Source: Chloroflexota bacterium (GTDB taxonomy: Bacteria > Chloroflexota > Anaerolineae > UBA1429). Taken from it: a stretch of DNA of 64,000 nt. The notes beneath the pieces are model-generated. The model did not search any database, was not told the origin of the DNA, and was given only the letters and a program-made list of their open reading frames with translations. How positions within the stretch are numbered: position 1 is the first letter of the stretch; every line of letters starts with the position of its first letter. Made by a program: the position numbers and the translations under genes. Below, piece after piece: positions 46,926 to 56,093 of this stretch. The stretch lies in NCBI GenBank assembly GCA_012729455.1, contig JAAYDC010000012.1:10965-74964 (forward strand), in the 5' to 3' direction.

Positions 46926-49228
46926 CGCAAGCCCAGCGTCTGCTGGTGCGCGGGATTGTCCAGGGCGTCGGCTTTCGGCCCTTTGTTTATAGCCTGGCAC
47001 AGCGCTATCGGCTGACGGGCTGGGTGCGCAACACCACCGCGGGGGTCGAGATCCACTGGCAGGGTTCCGGCGAGCAGCTGGAGCAAGCCCTCGAGGCAAT
47101 CGTGCGCGAAAAACCCCCGTTGGCGGTCATCAGCAAGCTCATCCGCGAGCCGGCTGAGCCGGGCGATTATGCCAGCTTTAGCATCCTGGCGAGCGTTTCC
47201 CAGCCTGGCACCTACCAGGCGATCCCGACCGACACGGCCACCTGCCCCGACTGCCTGCGCGAGCTGTTCGACGCAGCCGACCGGCGCTACCGCTACCCAT
47301 TCACCAACTGCACCAACTGCGGTCCGCGCTTTACCATCATCACCGACTTGCCCTATGACCGGCCGCACACCACCATGCAAGAGTTTGTGATGTGCCCGGA
47401 TTGCCGGCGCGAGTATGACGATCCGATCAACCGGCGCTTTCACGCCCAGCCCAACGCCTGCCCGGTGTGCGGCCCACAGCTGCACCTTTATAACACCCAG
47501 CGCCAGCTCCTGACAGAGGTTGATGAAGCCCTGCAGCAGGCCGCTCAGGCGCTCGCCAACGGCCAGATCGTGGCGCTCAAAGGCTTGGGCGGTTACCAGC
47601 TGGCTTGCGATGCCACCAACCAGGCGGCGGTACAGACGCTGCGGCAGCGCAAACGCCGCCCCGACAAGCCCTTTGCCCTGATGGTGGGATCGCTCCCAGC
47701 CACAGAGGCGCTCGTGGAGCTCAACGCGCAAGAACGCGAACTGCTGGTAGCTCCCAGTGCACCGATCGTGCTGTCGCGCAGGCGTGCCAGCACGGTCGCC
47801 GAGGCCGTTGCGCCAGGCATCGACACGTTAGGGGTAATGCTGCCCAGCACACCGCTGCATCATCTGCTGCTGGACGCATGCGCGCGCCCCCTGGTGATGA
47901 CCAGTGGTAACCTCAGCGAAGAGCCGTTAGCAGCTGAAAACGATGAGGCCTTTGAGCGCCTGGCGGGCATCGCCGATCTGTTCCTGACGCATAACCGTCG
48001 CATCAACACCCGCTTGGATGACAGCATCGTGCAGGCGGGTGCCGGGCAGCCCCAGGTGATCCGCCGGGCGCGCGGTTTGGCGCCCGACCCGATTACTTTG
48101 CCTCGAGAAGGTCCCGCTGTACTGGCCTATGGCCCCGAGTTCAAGAACACCCTGTGCCTGGCGCGCGGCAGAATGGCTTTTATCAGCCAGCACCTCGGCG
48201 ATATGCAAAGCCTGGAGACCTGGCAGTTCTTTGAGGAAGCCGCTGCGCTCTACCAGCACCTCTTTCGCACCACGCCCGAGGCACTCGCCTGCGACTTGCA
48301 TCCCGATTATATGATCACCCGGCATGCCCTGGCGCAGTCGCAGCTGCCGGTGATCCAGGTGCAGCACCATCACGCCCATCTGGCGAGCTGTCTGGCGGAT
48401 AACGGGCTGGATGAGCCGGCTATCGGCGTGATCATGGATGGCACTGGCTACGGCCTGGATAGCCGCATCTGGGGCGGTGAGTTCCTGGTGGGCAATGCCG
48501 AGGGCTTTGTGCGCGCCGGACACCTGCAGTATCTACCACTGCCCGGCGGCGAGGGCTCAATCCGCAACCCGGTTCGCACTGCCCTAGCCTACTGGCAAAC
48601 CCTGCTGCCCGGACACGACCTGCCACCCTCCCTGGCAACCGTACCCGTGGTAGAGCGCCAGATGGTGAGGTCGATGGTTGAACATTCCATCCAAACTCTC
48701 ATGACCAGCTCAGCCGGGCGTCTGTTCGACGCTGCCTCAGCCATATTGGGGATCTGCCCGCGCGCCTCGTACGAGGCCCAAGCCGCTGCTGAGCTCGAGG
48801 CGCTGGCCAACAGCGCCCCACAGGACGATTCTCCCAGCGAGCTGGCACTGGATTTTACTTTGGACGAGCCATCGAGCTGGGGCGCACCACCGTTGGAGCT
48901 GGATGAGGGCTCTAGCATCTCACTTATACCGGTGATAACGGCGCTGGCGGATGACGTTGCCATTCTGCCTGCCCACCGCGCAGCCTGGCGCTTTCATTGC
49001 CACATAGCCGAGTTGATCGCGGCTGGCTGTCGGCGTATCAGCGAGTGCACCGGCCTGCGCACAGTAGTGCTTTCAGGCGGATGCTTTCAGAACCGCTTAT
49101 TAACCCGCCTGTGCCTCGATCTGCTGGATGGTTTCAATGTGCTAATGCATCATCAGGTGCCCTGCAACGACGGCGGGCTATCGCTCGGGCAGGCCGTTGT
49201 CGCACAGGCGATGATCAACAGGAGTTGA
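46892..49228 (+). CDS. hypF: carbamoyltransferase HypF
   Basis: 778 aa. It has an acylphosphatase domain (VQGVGFRPFVY), two Zn-finger motifs (CPDC...C, CTNCGPRF), a YrdC domain and a Kae1-like domain. The true start may be the GTG at about 46944, because the ATG at 46892 overlaps hypB by 34 nt. Confidence 0.9.
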   Translation: MGGLAAHAQGLTQAQRLLVRGIVQGVGFRPFVYSLAQRYRLTGWVRNTTAGVEIHWQGSGEQLEQALEAIVREKPPLAVISKLIREPAEPGDYASFSILASVSQPGTYQAIPTDTATCPDCLRELFDAADRRYRYPFTNCTNCGPRFTIITDLPYDRPHTTMQEFVMCPDCRREYDDPINRRFHAQPNACPVCGPQLHLYNTQRQLLTEVDEALQQAAQALANGQIVALKGLGGYQLACDATNQAAVQTLRQRKRRPDKPFALMVGSLPATEALVELNAQERELLVAPSAPIVLSRRRASTVAEAVAPGIDTLGVMLPSTPLHHLLLDACARPLVMTSGNLSEEPLAAENDEAFERLAGIADLFLTHNRRINTRLDDSIVQAGAGQPQVIRRARGLAPDPITLPREGPAVLAYGPEFKNTLCLARGRMAFISQHLGDMQSLETWQFFEEAAALYQHLFRTTPEALACDLHPDYMITRHALAQSQLPVIQVQHHHAHLASCLADNGLDEPAIGVIMDGTGYGLDSRIWGGEFLVGNAEGFVRAGHLQYLPLPGGEGSIRNPVRTALAYWQTLLPGHDLPPSLATVPVVERQMVRSMVEHSIQTLMTSSAGRLFDAASAILGICPRASYEAQAAAELEALANSAPQDDSPSELALDFTLDEPSSWGAPPLELDEGSSISLIPVITALADDVAILPAHRAAWRFHCHIAELIAAGCRRISECTGLRTVVLSGGCFQNRLLTRLCLDLLDGFNVLMHHQVPCNDGGLSLGQAVVAQAMINRS

Positions 49229-49230
49229 AG

Positions 49231-49479
49231 ATGTGTTTGGCAGTGCCTTTACAGATTATCGCGATTGACCAGGACCTGGCTACAGTAACTATGTCGGGCG
49301 TGCAGCGCCAGATCAGCCTGGCATTGACCCCCGAAGCGCAGGTGGGCGACTATGTGCTGGTGCATACCGGCTATGCCATCAGCCTGATCAGCCCCGAAGA
49401 GGCACAGGAAACCCTGCAGCTCTTTGCCGATATCGCCGCGGCTGTCGAGCAGGCCGACGCCGATAAAGAGGCGTCATGA
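49231..49479 (+). CDS. hypC: hydrogenase maturation factor HypC
   Basis: 82 aa beginning MCLAVP (the essential Cys2). It has a CAGGAG RBS and starts 2 nt after the hypF stop. Confidence 0.9.
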   Translation: MCLAVPLQIIAIDQDLATVTMSGVQRQISLALTPEAQVGDYVLVHTGYAISLISPEEAQETLQLFADIAAAVEQADADKEAS

Positions 49480-50570
49480 GCGATTCGTCGCCCTACCGCG
49501 ATCCAGCCGCCGCCCAGTACCTGATCGGCGAGATCAACGCCATGGCCAGCCGGCCGGTGCGCATCATCGAGTTTTGCGGCGGACATACCCACGCCATCAT
49601 GCGTTACGGTCTGCGGCGTGCATTGGCGCCGGCCGTCAAGCTGCTTTCGGGGCCAGGCTGCCCGGTGTGTGTCACTGCCGACCATGATATCGATGCCGCC
49701 ATCTGGCTATCGCAGCAACCCGGGGTTATCCTGGCAACCTTTGGTGATATGCTGCATGTGCCAGGCATGCATTCCTCGCTGCAGCGCGAACGTGCGCGAG
49801 GAGCACGGGTCGAGGTGGTGTATTCGGCACTGGATGCCCTGGCACTGGCGCGTAAAACGCCCGACCAGCACGTGGTGATGCTGGGGATCGGTTTTGAGAC
49901 CACAGCACCGACCATTGCTGCCGCCATAAAGCAGGCCGCGCGCGAGGCGCTGGATAACTTTAGTGTCTATTCGGTGCATAAGCTCACCCCGCCAGCCATG
50001 CGCGCGATCCTCTCCGGCGAGCTGCTCATCGACGCAGTGCTGGCCCCCGGCCATCTCTCGGCCATCATCGGCGCCGATGCCTGGCAGTTTATCCCCGACG
50101 AATACGGCATCCCCTGCGCCACGGCCGGCTTTGAACCGCTGGATATCCTGCTGGCACTTCACAGCCTGGTACGTGCGGTGATAGAGGGTCGGCCGCAGGT
50201 ACTCAACACCTACCGACGTGGCGTGGCCCAACACGGCAACCAGATGGCACAGGAACTGCTCTCTCAGGTGCTCCTGCCCGCCGATGCCGACTGGCGCGGT
50301 CTGGAAATGATGCCCTCCAGCGGGCTGGAACTGGCGCCGGAATACGCGCACTATAATACCCGCTGCCGTTTCGAACTCCCTGAGCTGGCCAGCACGGACG
50401 CCAGTAAGCGCGGCTGTCGCTGCGGCGAGGTGCTGGCGGCCATAATCGAGCCGACTGAGTGCCCGCTCTTTGGCTGCGCCTGCACACCGGCACATCCTGT
50501 CGGCCCCTGTATGATCTCGGCAGAGGGCACCTGTTCGGCATTTTTCCGTTATGGGCGTGAGGAAATATGA
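49476..50570 (+). CDS. hypD: hydrogenase maturation factor HypD
   Basis: It has CGGHTH, GPGCPVC and the C-terminal CxxC...C motifs of the HypD Fe-S protein. It overlaps hypC as ATGA. Confidence 0.9.
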   Translation: MSDSSPYRDPAAAQYLIGEINAMASRPVRIIEFCGGHTHAIMRYGLRRALAPAVKLLSGPGCPVCVTADHDIDAAIWLSQQPGVILATFGDMLHVPGMHSSLQRERARGARVEVVYSALDALALARKTPDQHVVMLGIGFETTAPTIAAAIKQAAREALDNFSVYSVHKLTPPAMRAILSGELLIDAVLAPGHLSAIIGADAWQFIPDEYGIPCATAGFEPLDILLALHSLVRAVIEGRPQVLNTYRRGVAQHGNQMAQELLSQVLLPADADWRGLEMMPSSGLELAPEYAHYNTRCRFELPELASTDASKRGCRCGEVLAAIIEPTECPLFGCACTPAHPVGPCMISAEGTCSAFFRYGREEI

Positions 50571-51577
50571 AGCAAGACGACCTGATCACCATGTCTCATG
50601 GCAGCGGCGGCAGCCAGTCGCACGAGCTGGTCGAAAAACTGTTTCTGCGGTACCTGGGACAGCCCTCTGCCGTGCTGGAAGATGCCACAGAGCTCAGCCT
50701 GGCGCGCGGCAAGGTGGTCTTTACCACGGATGCCTTTGTGGTCAAGCCCCTATGCTTCCCGGGCGGTGATATCGGTCGGCTGGCGGTATGCGGTACTGTT
50801 AACGACCTGGCGATGCGCGGCGCTCAGCCCGCGGCGCTGAGCGCGGCTTTTATCCTGGAAGAGGGCTTGCCGTTGGATCTTCTCGAGCGCGTCGTGATCT
50901 CGATGGCTGCCGCCGCGCGCGAAGCGGGGGTGCGCATTGTCACGGGCGATACCAAGGTTGTCGAGCACGGCAGCGGCGACGGCGTTTTTATCACTACCTC
51001 GGGCGTGGGGGTGGTTGCAGAAGGCATCAGCATCTCAGCCGCCAACGCACGCGCCGGCGATGCCATCTTGTTGAGCGGCACGATCGGCGACCACGGTCTG
51101 ACGATCATGACCCAGCGAGAGGGCTTGCAATTCGAAAGTCCTCTGCAGAGCGACTGCGCCCCCCTGAATAGCCTGGTAGCGGACCTTTTGTCTGCCGCGC
51201 CTGGCACACGCGTCCTGCGCGACCCGACCCGCGGCGGCCTGGCCACCGCCCTCAATGAGATCGCCCAGTCTTCGAAATTGGGCATCGAGATCGATGAAAT
51301 CCTGGTGCCGGTCACCCCGGCAGTAAAAGCCACCAGCGAGATCCTCGGGCTCGACCCGTGCTATGTAGCTAACGAGGGCAAACTGATCGCCTTTGTGCCT
51401 CCTCACCAGGCCGAGGCGGCTCTGGCTGCTTTGCGCGTGCATCCGCTGGGAACTCTGGCGGCACAGATCGGCTATGCCACTCAGGAACACCCCGGCAGAG
51501 TAGCGCTGCGCACCGTGTTGGGCACCCGACGCGTGCTCGGCATGCTGGTAGGCGAGCATCTTCCGCGCATCTGCTAG
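50567..51577 (+). CDS. hypE: hydrogenase maturation carbamoyl dehydratase HypE
   Basis: It has an AIR-synthase-related fold and a C-terminal Cys (...PRIC*) typical of HypE. Confidence 0.9.
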   Translation: MKQDDLITMSHGSGGSQSHELVEKLFLRYLGQPSAVLEDATELSLARGKVVFTTDAFVVKPLCFPGGDIGRLAVCGTVNDLAMRGAQPAALSAAFILEEGLPLDLLERVVISMAAAAREAGVRIVTGDTKVVEHGSGDGVFITTSGVGVVAEGISISAANARAGDAILLSGTIGDHGLTIMTQREGLQFESPLQSDCAPLNSLVADLLSAAPGTRVLRDPTRGGLATALNEIAQSSKLGIEIDEILVPVTPAVKATSEILGLDPCYVANEGKLIAFVPPHQAEAALAALRVHPLGTLAAQIGYATQEHPGRVALRTVLGTRRVLGMLVGEHLPRIC

Positions 51578-51636
51578 AGATTGCCAAGCGGTAAGCCCGC
51601 GGCTAATATATAGCCATTCACGCAGAGGAGAGCAGC

Positions 51637-53103
51637 ATGCAAGTCAGCATTGTCACCACCGCCATAAAAAGCCTGAAAAGCCCTGTGTTGATCGCCGGGC
51701 TCTTTTCTGATGCCGTCACCCAGCCCGTTAACCTCGAAACGCTGGTCGACGCGGCTATCCTGGCAGATTTCAAAGCCAAGCCCTGCCAGACCCTCACGGT
51801 CTACCCCAAGACGGGCAGTATCGAGCGCATCGTGCTGGTGGGTTTGGGTGAACAAGCCTCCTGCACGCTGGATACCGTTCGGTGCGCGGCCGGCACCGGC
51901 GTACGCGTGGTCACCGAGCTGGGCCTGAGCGCCTTGGCGATACCGCTCTGGAAGGTAGCCGGCATCGATCCGCAGCAAATGGCACAGACTCTGGTGGAGG
52001 GCCTGATCCTCGGCAGTTATACATTTAATGAGTTAAAGTCAGAGCCGAAAACGCAGGCACTGGCCGAGATCAGCCTGGTAGCTACCACCGCCTCCAAAGC
52101 CGCTGCCACGCACGGTGCTGCCGAGGGGCAGATCATTGCCGAATCGGTGTGTCTGGCGCGCAACTTGAGCAACCTGCCGGCCAACTATCTCACACCGACC
52201 ATGCTGGCAGATATCGCCGAACGGGTTGCCGCGGAGGTGGGCCTGCGCGCCGAGGTGCTGGGAGAGGCGCAGATGGCCGAGCTGGGCATGGGCGCCATCC
52301 TGGGGGTAGCGCAGGGCTCTGACGAAGAAGCCAAGTTCGTGATCCTGGAACACAATGCCGGGCGCAGCGACCTGCCGGCCTATGTGGTAGTGGGCAAAGG
52401 GATCAACTTTGATTCCGGCGGCATCCAGATCAAGGGCGCTGAGGGCATGGGCGCCATGAAGGGCGATATGTCGGGCGCCGCCGATACGCTGGCGATCTTG
52501 CGCAACGCCGCCTTGCTCAGTTTACCGCTACATGTGGTGGGGTTGATCCCCTGCACCGAAAACCTGCCCGACGGGCGCGCCTACAAACCGGGCGATGTGC
52601 TCAAATCGATGTCAGGCATCACCATCGAGGTCATCTCGACCGACGCCGAGGGGCGCCTGATTCTGGCGGATGCCCTGACCTATGCCAAGCGCTATGAGCC
52701 GCGCGCCGTGGTGGATCTGGCCACCCTGACGGGCGCCTGCGTGATCGCGCTAGGCACGTCGATGGCTGCCCTGTTGAGCAACAATCCCGAGCTGACGGGC
52801 GCACTCAAGGCAGCTGCCGCCGAGACGGGCGAAAAGGTCTGGGAACTGCCGCTCGAGCCGGAATATGAGGAACTGATCGACAGCGATATTGCCGACATCA
52901 TGAACGTGGGCGGGCGTCCAGCCGGTACCATCACCGGCGGGCTCTTCTTAGGGCGCTTTGCCAAGGAATTCCCCTGGGCCCACCTCGACATCGCCGGCAA
53001 GGAATTATCACCCAAGACGAGCGGCTATACCGTCAAGGGCGGTACCGGCTATGGTGTGCGTTTGGTAACAGCCTGGCTGCGCGCCATGGCGGCTAACAAG
53101 TAA
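51637..53103 (+). CDS. pepA: leucyl aminopeptidase (M17)
   Basis: 488 aa with NTDAEGRL and the M17 Zn ligands (...GKGITFDSGG...). Confidence 0.9.
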   Translation: MQVSIVTTAIKSLKSPVLIAGLFSDAVTQPVNLETLVDAAILADFKAKPCQTLTVYPKTGSIERIVLVGLGEQASCTLDTVRCAAGTGVRVVTELGLSALAIPLWKVAGIDPQQMAQTLVEGLILGSYTFNELKSEPKTQALAEISLVATTASKAAATHGAAEGQIIAESVCLARNLSNLPANYLTPTMLADIAERVAAEVGLRAEVLGEAQMAELGMGAILGVAQGSDEEAKFVILEHNAGRSDLPAYVVVGKGINFDSGGIQIKGAEGMGAMKGDMSGAADTLAILRNAALLSLPLHVVGLIPCTENLPDGRAYKPGDVLKSMSGITIEVISTDAEGRLILADALTYAKRYEPRAVVDLATLTGACVIALGTSMAALLSNNPELTGALKAAAAETGEKVWELPLEPEYEELIDSDIADIMNVGGRPAGTITGGLFLGRFAKEFPWAHLDIAGKELSPKTSGYTVKGGTGYGVRLVTAWLRAMAANK

Positions 53104-53121
53104 CTTCCTAAAGGAGCTATT

Positions 53122-53703
53122 GTGGAAGAGCGAGAGCGCCCGTCCCTCAAAAATGCGCTACTCGTCGGCCTGGGAGGCTTGGCGATTGTTGGTCTCGCCC
53201 TGTATATCGACAGGTCCCAGCGCCCGGAGACGCTCGAGATCGTCGCCCCTGAGCCGACTCTGGCACCTACTGCCGCACCGCTGATTGTGCATGTCAGCGG
53301 TGCGGTTTTACGTCCTGGGGTGTATAGCCTGCCGGCGGGGGCGCGTTGGGAGGCCGCCATCGCTGCGGCCGGCGGTCTGACCGACGACGCTCAGGTAGAT
53401 GTGCTCAACCTGGCGGCTCCTGTTGCAGACGGCCAGCGCGTGCACATCCCCGCCATCGGCGAGACACCCCCAACTGACTTGGCGCCCGCCGCCGCAGCGG
53501 AATCGGGGGCAGTCGTGCGCATCAACCATGCTACTGCCGCCCAGCTGGAGGCGCTGCCCTGCGTGGGTCCCGCCATCGCACAGCGCATTATCGATTACCG
53601 GGAGGTAAACGGTCCGCTGCAGTCGCTGGCTGCCCTTGACCAGGTCAAGGGCATCGGCCCGGCCTGCCTGGCAGAGCTGGAACCGCTGGTGCGTTTTGAC
53701 TAG
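53122..53703 (+). CDS. comEA: ComEA-family competence protein (SLBB plus helix-hairpin-helix DNA-binding)
   Basis: It has an N-terminal transmembrane segment, an SLBB domain (IVHVSGAVLRPGVYSLP), and C-terminal tandem HhH (INHATAAQLEALPCVGPAIAQRII). Confidence 0.8.
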   Translation: MEERERPSLKNALLVGLGGLAIVGLALYIDRSQRPETLEIVAPEPTLAPTAAPLIVHVSGAVLRPGVYSLPAGARWEAAIAAAGGLTDDAQVDVLNLAAPVADGQRVHIPAIGETPPTDLAPAAAAESGAVVRINHATAAQLEALPCVGPAIAQRIIDYREVNGPLQSLAALDQVKGIGPACLAELEPLVRFD

Positions 53704-54957
53704 CTAAGTACGTGTGGATGCCCTCAGCCAGGGCATGCAGCTGCTGGCTGGTGCCAAACATGGGCAGCACCGCCAGCGCCTGCTTGAGCGTGGCGAGTTG
53801 GCGGTCGGCCAGGTAATCGATCAGCAGCCTGCGCTGGATCGCCAGCAATCGGGTATAGCCGCCGACGCGTTCGGGCAGCTCGCCCACCTTTTGAGGCGTT
53901 AACTGGTTGCCTCGACCCGCACAGGAACCTCGACCACAGCATCCTCCGGAAAGTTGCTCACGCTGCCGACGTTACAGCATTGCAGCGCCAGCGTAGCCGG
54001 CTCGCAGCCGGCGACGGCCATCAGCAGTCTCCCGACCGCCTGGTCCGTCAGCGGATAGTTGAGGAGCGACCTTTCCGGGTGGATCATGGGCGGGTCAGTG
54101 ATCGGCTGACCGCTTTGCAGGGCATCCGCGACCGCCCGGCGGTAGACGGCACGTTTATCCGGCCAACGCGCCCACAGAGCCTGCTGCGCAGGGGTCTGAT
54201 CGACCTGATAGGGCCACATGTGGTAGCCCGAACTCAAGTAACCGGTGAGTCCCAGTATCTGGTTAATGATGCGGTTGCCGGGATGAAAGTCGGCATCCTG
54301 CTCGATCTCAGGCCAGCGCCTGCGCCAGAGTTCGTAACCATCCGCGCCGGATACGGTAAAGCTCGTTACTCAGCCATCGTGGTTGACACCGGCATGATGC
54401 AGCACGATCTCATCCGGTGACATACGGCAATAATATGCCAATGCGCCACGCAGGCCGTCGACCTCGACACACATCCCCGCACAACGCACGCCGCCGACCT
54501 GGCTGAGGTAGCCGGCCAGCACATCGGTGGGGTTCATCACCGTGAGGAGGAGGGCCTGCGGGCACAGCCGGCGCATATCCTCGGCTACGCCCAGGCTCCA
54601 CGGCGCACAGGCCGCCGCCCATGCTGCCACTTGCGGACCCTCTTCTGCCAGCTCAAAGCCCAGGCGCTCCTGCAACTGGCGGACATGCTCGTGCTCGTGC
54701 AGCCACACCGAGACCAGCACCACATCCGCTCCAGCCAGTGCTTGATCGCGCTCGCTGCATACGCTGACATGCAGCGGCACCTCCCAAGCACGTGCCAGTA
54801 CGCCGCCATACTGCGCCATGGGGGACGCCGCGTCTGATGAGATATCATACAGAGCCTCCTCGACCGGCTCGGCCAGACGTCGCTGCAGACCGGCGATGCC
54901 GTTAAGGATCGAGGGCACAAACAGGCTGCTCCCGCCGATATAAGCCAGCTTGACCAT
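53645..54957 (-). pseudogene. glycoside hydrolase family 4 (NAD+/Mn2+-dependent glycosidase) gene with an in-frame TGA and a -1 frameshift
   Basis: The whole gene would encode 438 aa. Part 1 (54957-54370) has the GH4 N-terminus MVKLAYIGGSSLF...MNPTD...HHAGVNHDG, then a TGA at 54370-54372, exactly where GH4 enzymes have the conserved Trp of the NHxGW motif. Part 2 (to 53899) ends ...VVEVPVRVE. A 1-nt deletion near 53908 breaks the frame; the shifted frame resumes as GNQLTPQKVGELPE... and continues as track ORF 53645-53887. Confidence 0.6.
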
Positions 54958-55064
54958 GATGTATCCTCCGCGCTTTGGCGCAACTCTAGCTGACGCACAC
55001 CCTTCTGTAAAGCAACGAGCCTGTCACTATCATGACAGGCTCGTCAGCAGCCAAGCGCTAGAGG

Positions 55065-55979
55065 CTAGTCCTCTTCCTCCGGCTCGTCGTCGTCGGTAAT
55101 GTCTTCATCGGTCACGACCTCGTCCTCGCTCACGGCTTCGGTTTCGGCTTCGGCCTCAGCCTCATCGGGCGCCACCCAAGGCTCGCCCTGGACATAGTTC
55201 ATGGCGTCCTTTTTTACCAGACGCCGCCCTACCAACAGGATCAGGCTGACGGCAAAGATGACGATCGAGACCACCTGCGCCATCGTCAGGGTGCCGGCCA
55301 TCCAGGCATCCGGGCGCTGAAACTCGATCACAAAGCGGATCAGCGGGTACACCAGGCCATAGATCAGGAAAATATCGCCCCATTTGCGGCCTTTGACCCA
55401 TTTTCGCGCTAAAAAGTAGAGCAGCAAAAATCCCAGCAGGTTGAGTAGCGACTCGTACAGAAAGGTGGGGTGAAAGCGCTCATCAGCGACAAACTGCGGC
55501 AGGCGGTGTTCGGGCGAGATATAGATAGCCCACGGCAGGTCGCTGGGATAGCCGTAGAGCTCCTGGTTGAAAAAGTTGCCCCAGCGGCCGATCGCCTGGG
55601 CCAGCAAGACGCCCGGGATGAGATAGTCAGCCCACTCCCAAAAGCGCAGCTTGTGGATAGCACTGTAAACTGCCAGCGCCAGGGCGCCGCCGATCACCGC
55701 GCCAAAGATGCCAAAGCCGCTCATCTGCAAGCCGACGATCTGGTTGGGATTGGCGCGGTAATATTCCCAGGCAGAGATCACGTGGTAGATGCGTCCGCCC
55801 ACCACACCGCAGATCAGCAACACCACCAGCATATTCCAGGCGATCTCTGGATCGTGCCCGTTGCGGCGCGAAAGGTTGCTGGCCAGTTGTGTGGCCAAAA
55901 GCGACCCCAGGACAATCAGGACGCCGTACCAGTAGATCGATATGGAACCGATTCGAAAGAGTACCGGGTTGGGCTGCAT
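55065..55979 (-). CDS. lgt: prolipoprotein diacylglyceryl transferase
   Basis: 304 aa. It has the Lgt signature (G..GGRI.Y, GRWGNFFNQELYG). It also has an unusual ~45-residue acidic C-terminal tail (EAEAEAETEAVSEDEVVTDEDITDDDEPEEED). Confidence 0.9.
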   Translation of the reverse strand: MQPNPVLFRIGSISIYWYGVLIVLGSLLATQLASNLSRRNGHDPEIAWNMLVVLLICGVVGGRIYHVISAWEYYRANPNQIVGLQMSGFGIFGAVIGGALALAVYSAIHKLRFWEWADYLIPGVLLAQAIGRWGNFFNQELYGYPSDLPWAIYISPEHRLPQFVADERFHPTFLYESLLNLLGFLLLYFLARKWVKGRKWGDIFLIYGLVYPLIRFVIEFQRPDAWMAGTLTMAQVVSIVIFAVSLILLVGRRLVKKDAMNYVQGEPWVAPDEAEAEAETEAVSEDEVVTDEDITDDDEPEEED

Positions 55980-56036
55980 GCTTCCTCCTTGATATACTGG
56001 CGTATTATAGCGCCAAGGCAGACGCCAACAAAACGG

Positions 56037-56064
56037 TTGACAAGCCCTCTATACAGCCTAGGAT
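56037..56064 (+). promoter_or_regulatory. candidate promoter for the fused nucleotidyltransferase/mutase gene (TTGACA-16-TAGGAT)
   Basis: It has a perfect -35 and lies about 30 nt upstream of the ATG at 56094. A divergent TATAAT for lgt lies at about 56005-56010 on the other strand. Confidence 0.3.
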
Positions 56065-56093
56065 AAGACCAAGACCATGATCGAGGCAAGCCC

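Noticed and set aside
53714-53942. Short ORFs 53714-53902 (+) and 53724-53942 (-) between comEA and the GH4 fragments
   Set aside because: They are explained as out-of-frame readings across the frameshifted GH4 C-terminus.
54370-54372. TGA in the GH4 gene as programmed read-through, selenocysteine or a genetic-code-4 Trp
   Set aside because: There is no SECIS-like hairpin downstream. Every other gene in the window uses TGA as a normal stop, for example hypF, the flavin reductase and tsaE. The same gene also carries an independent frameshift.
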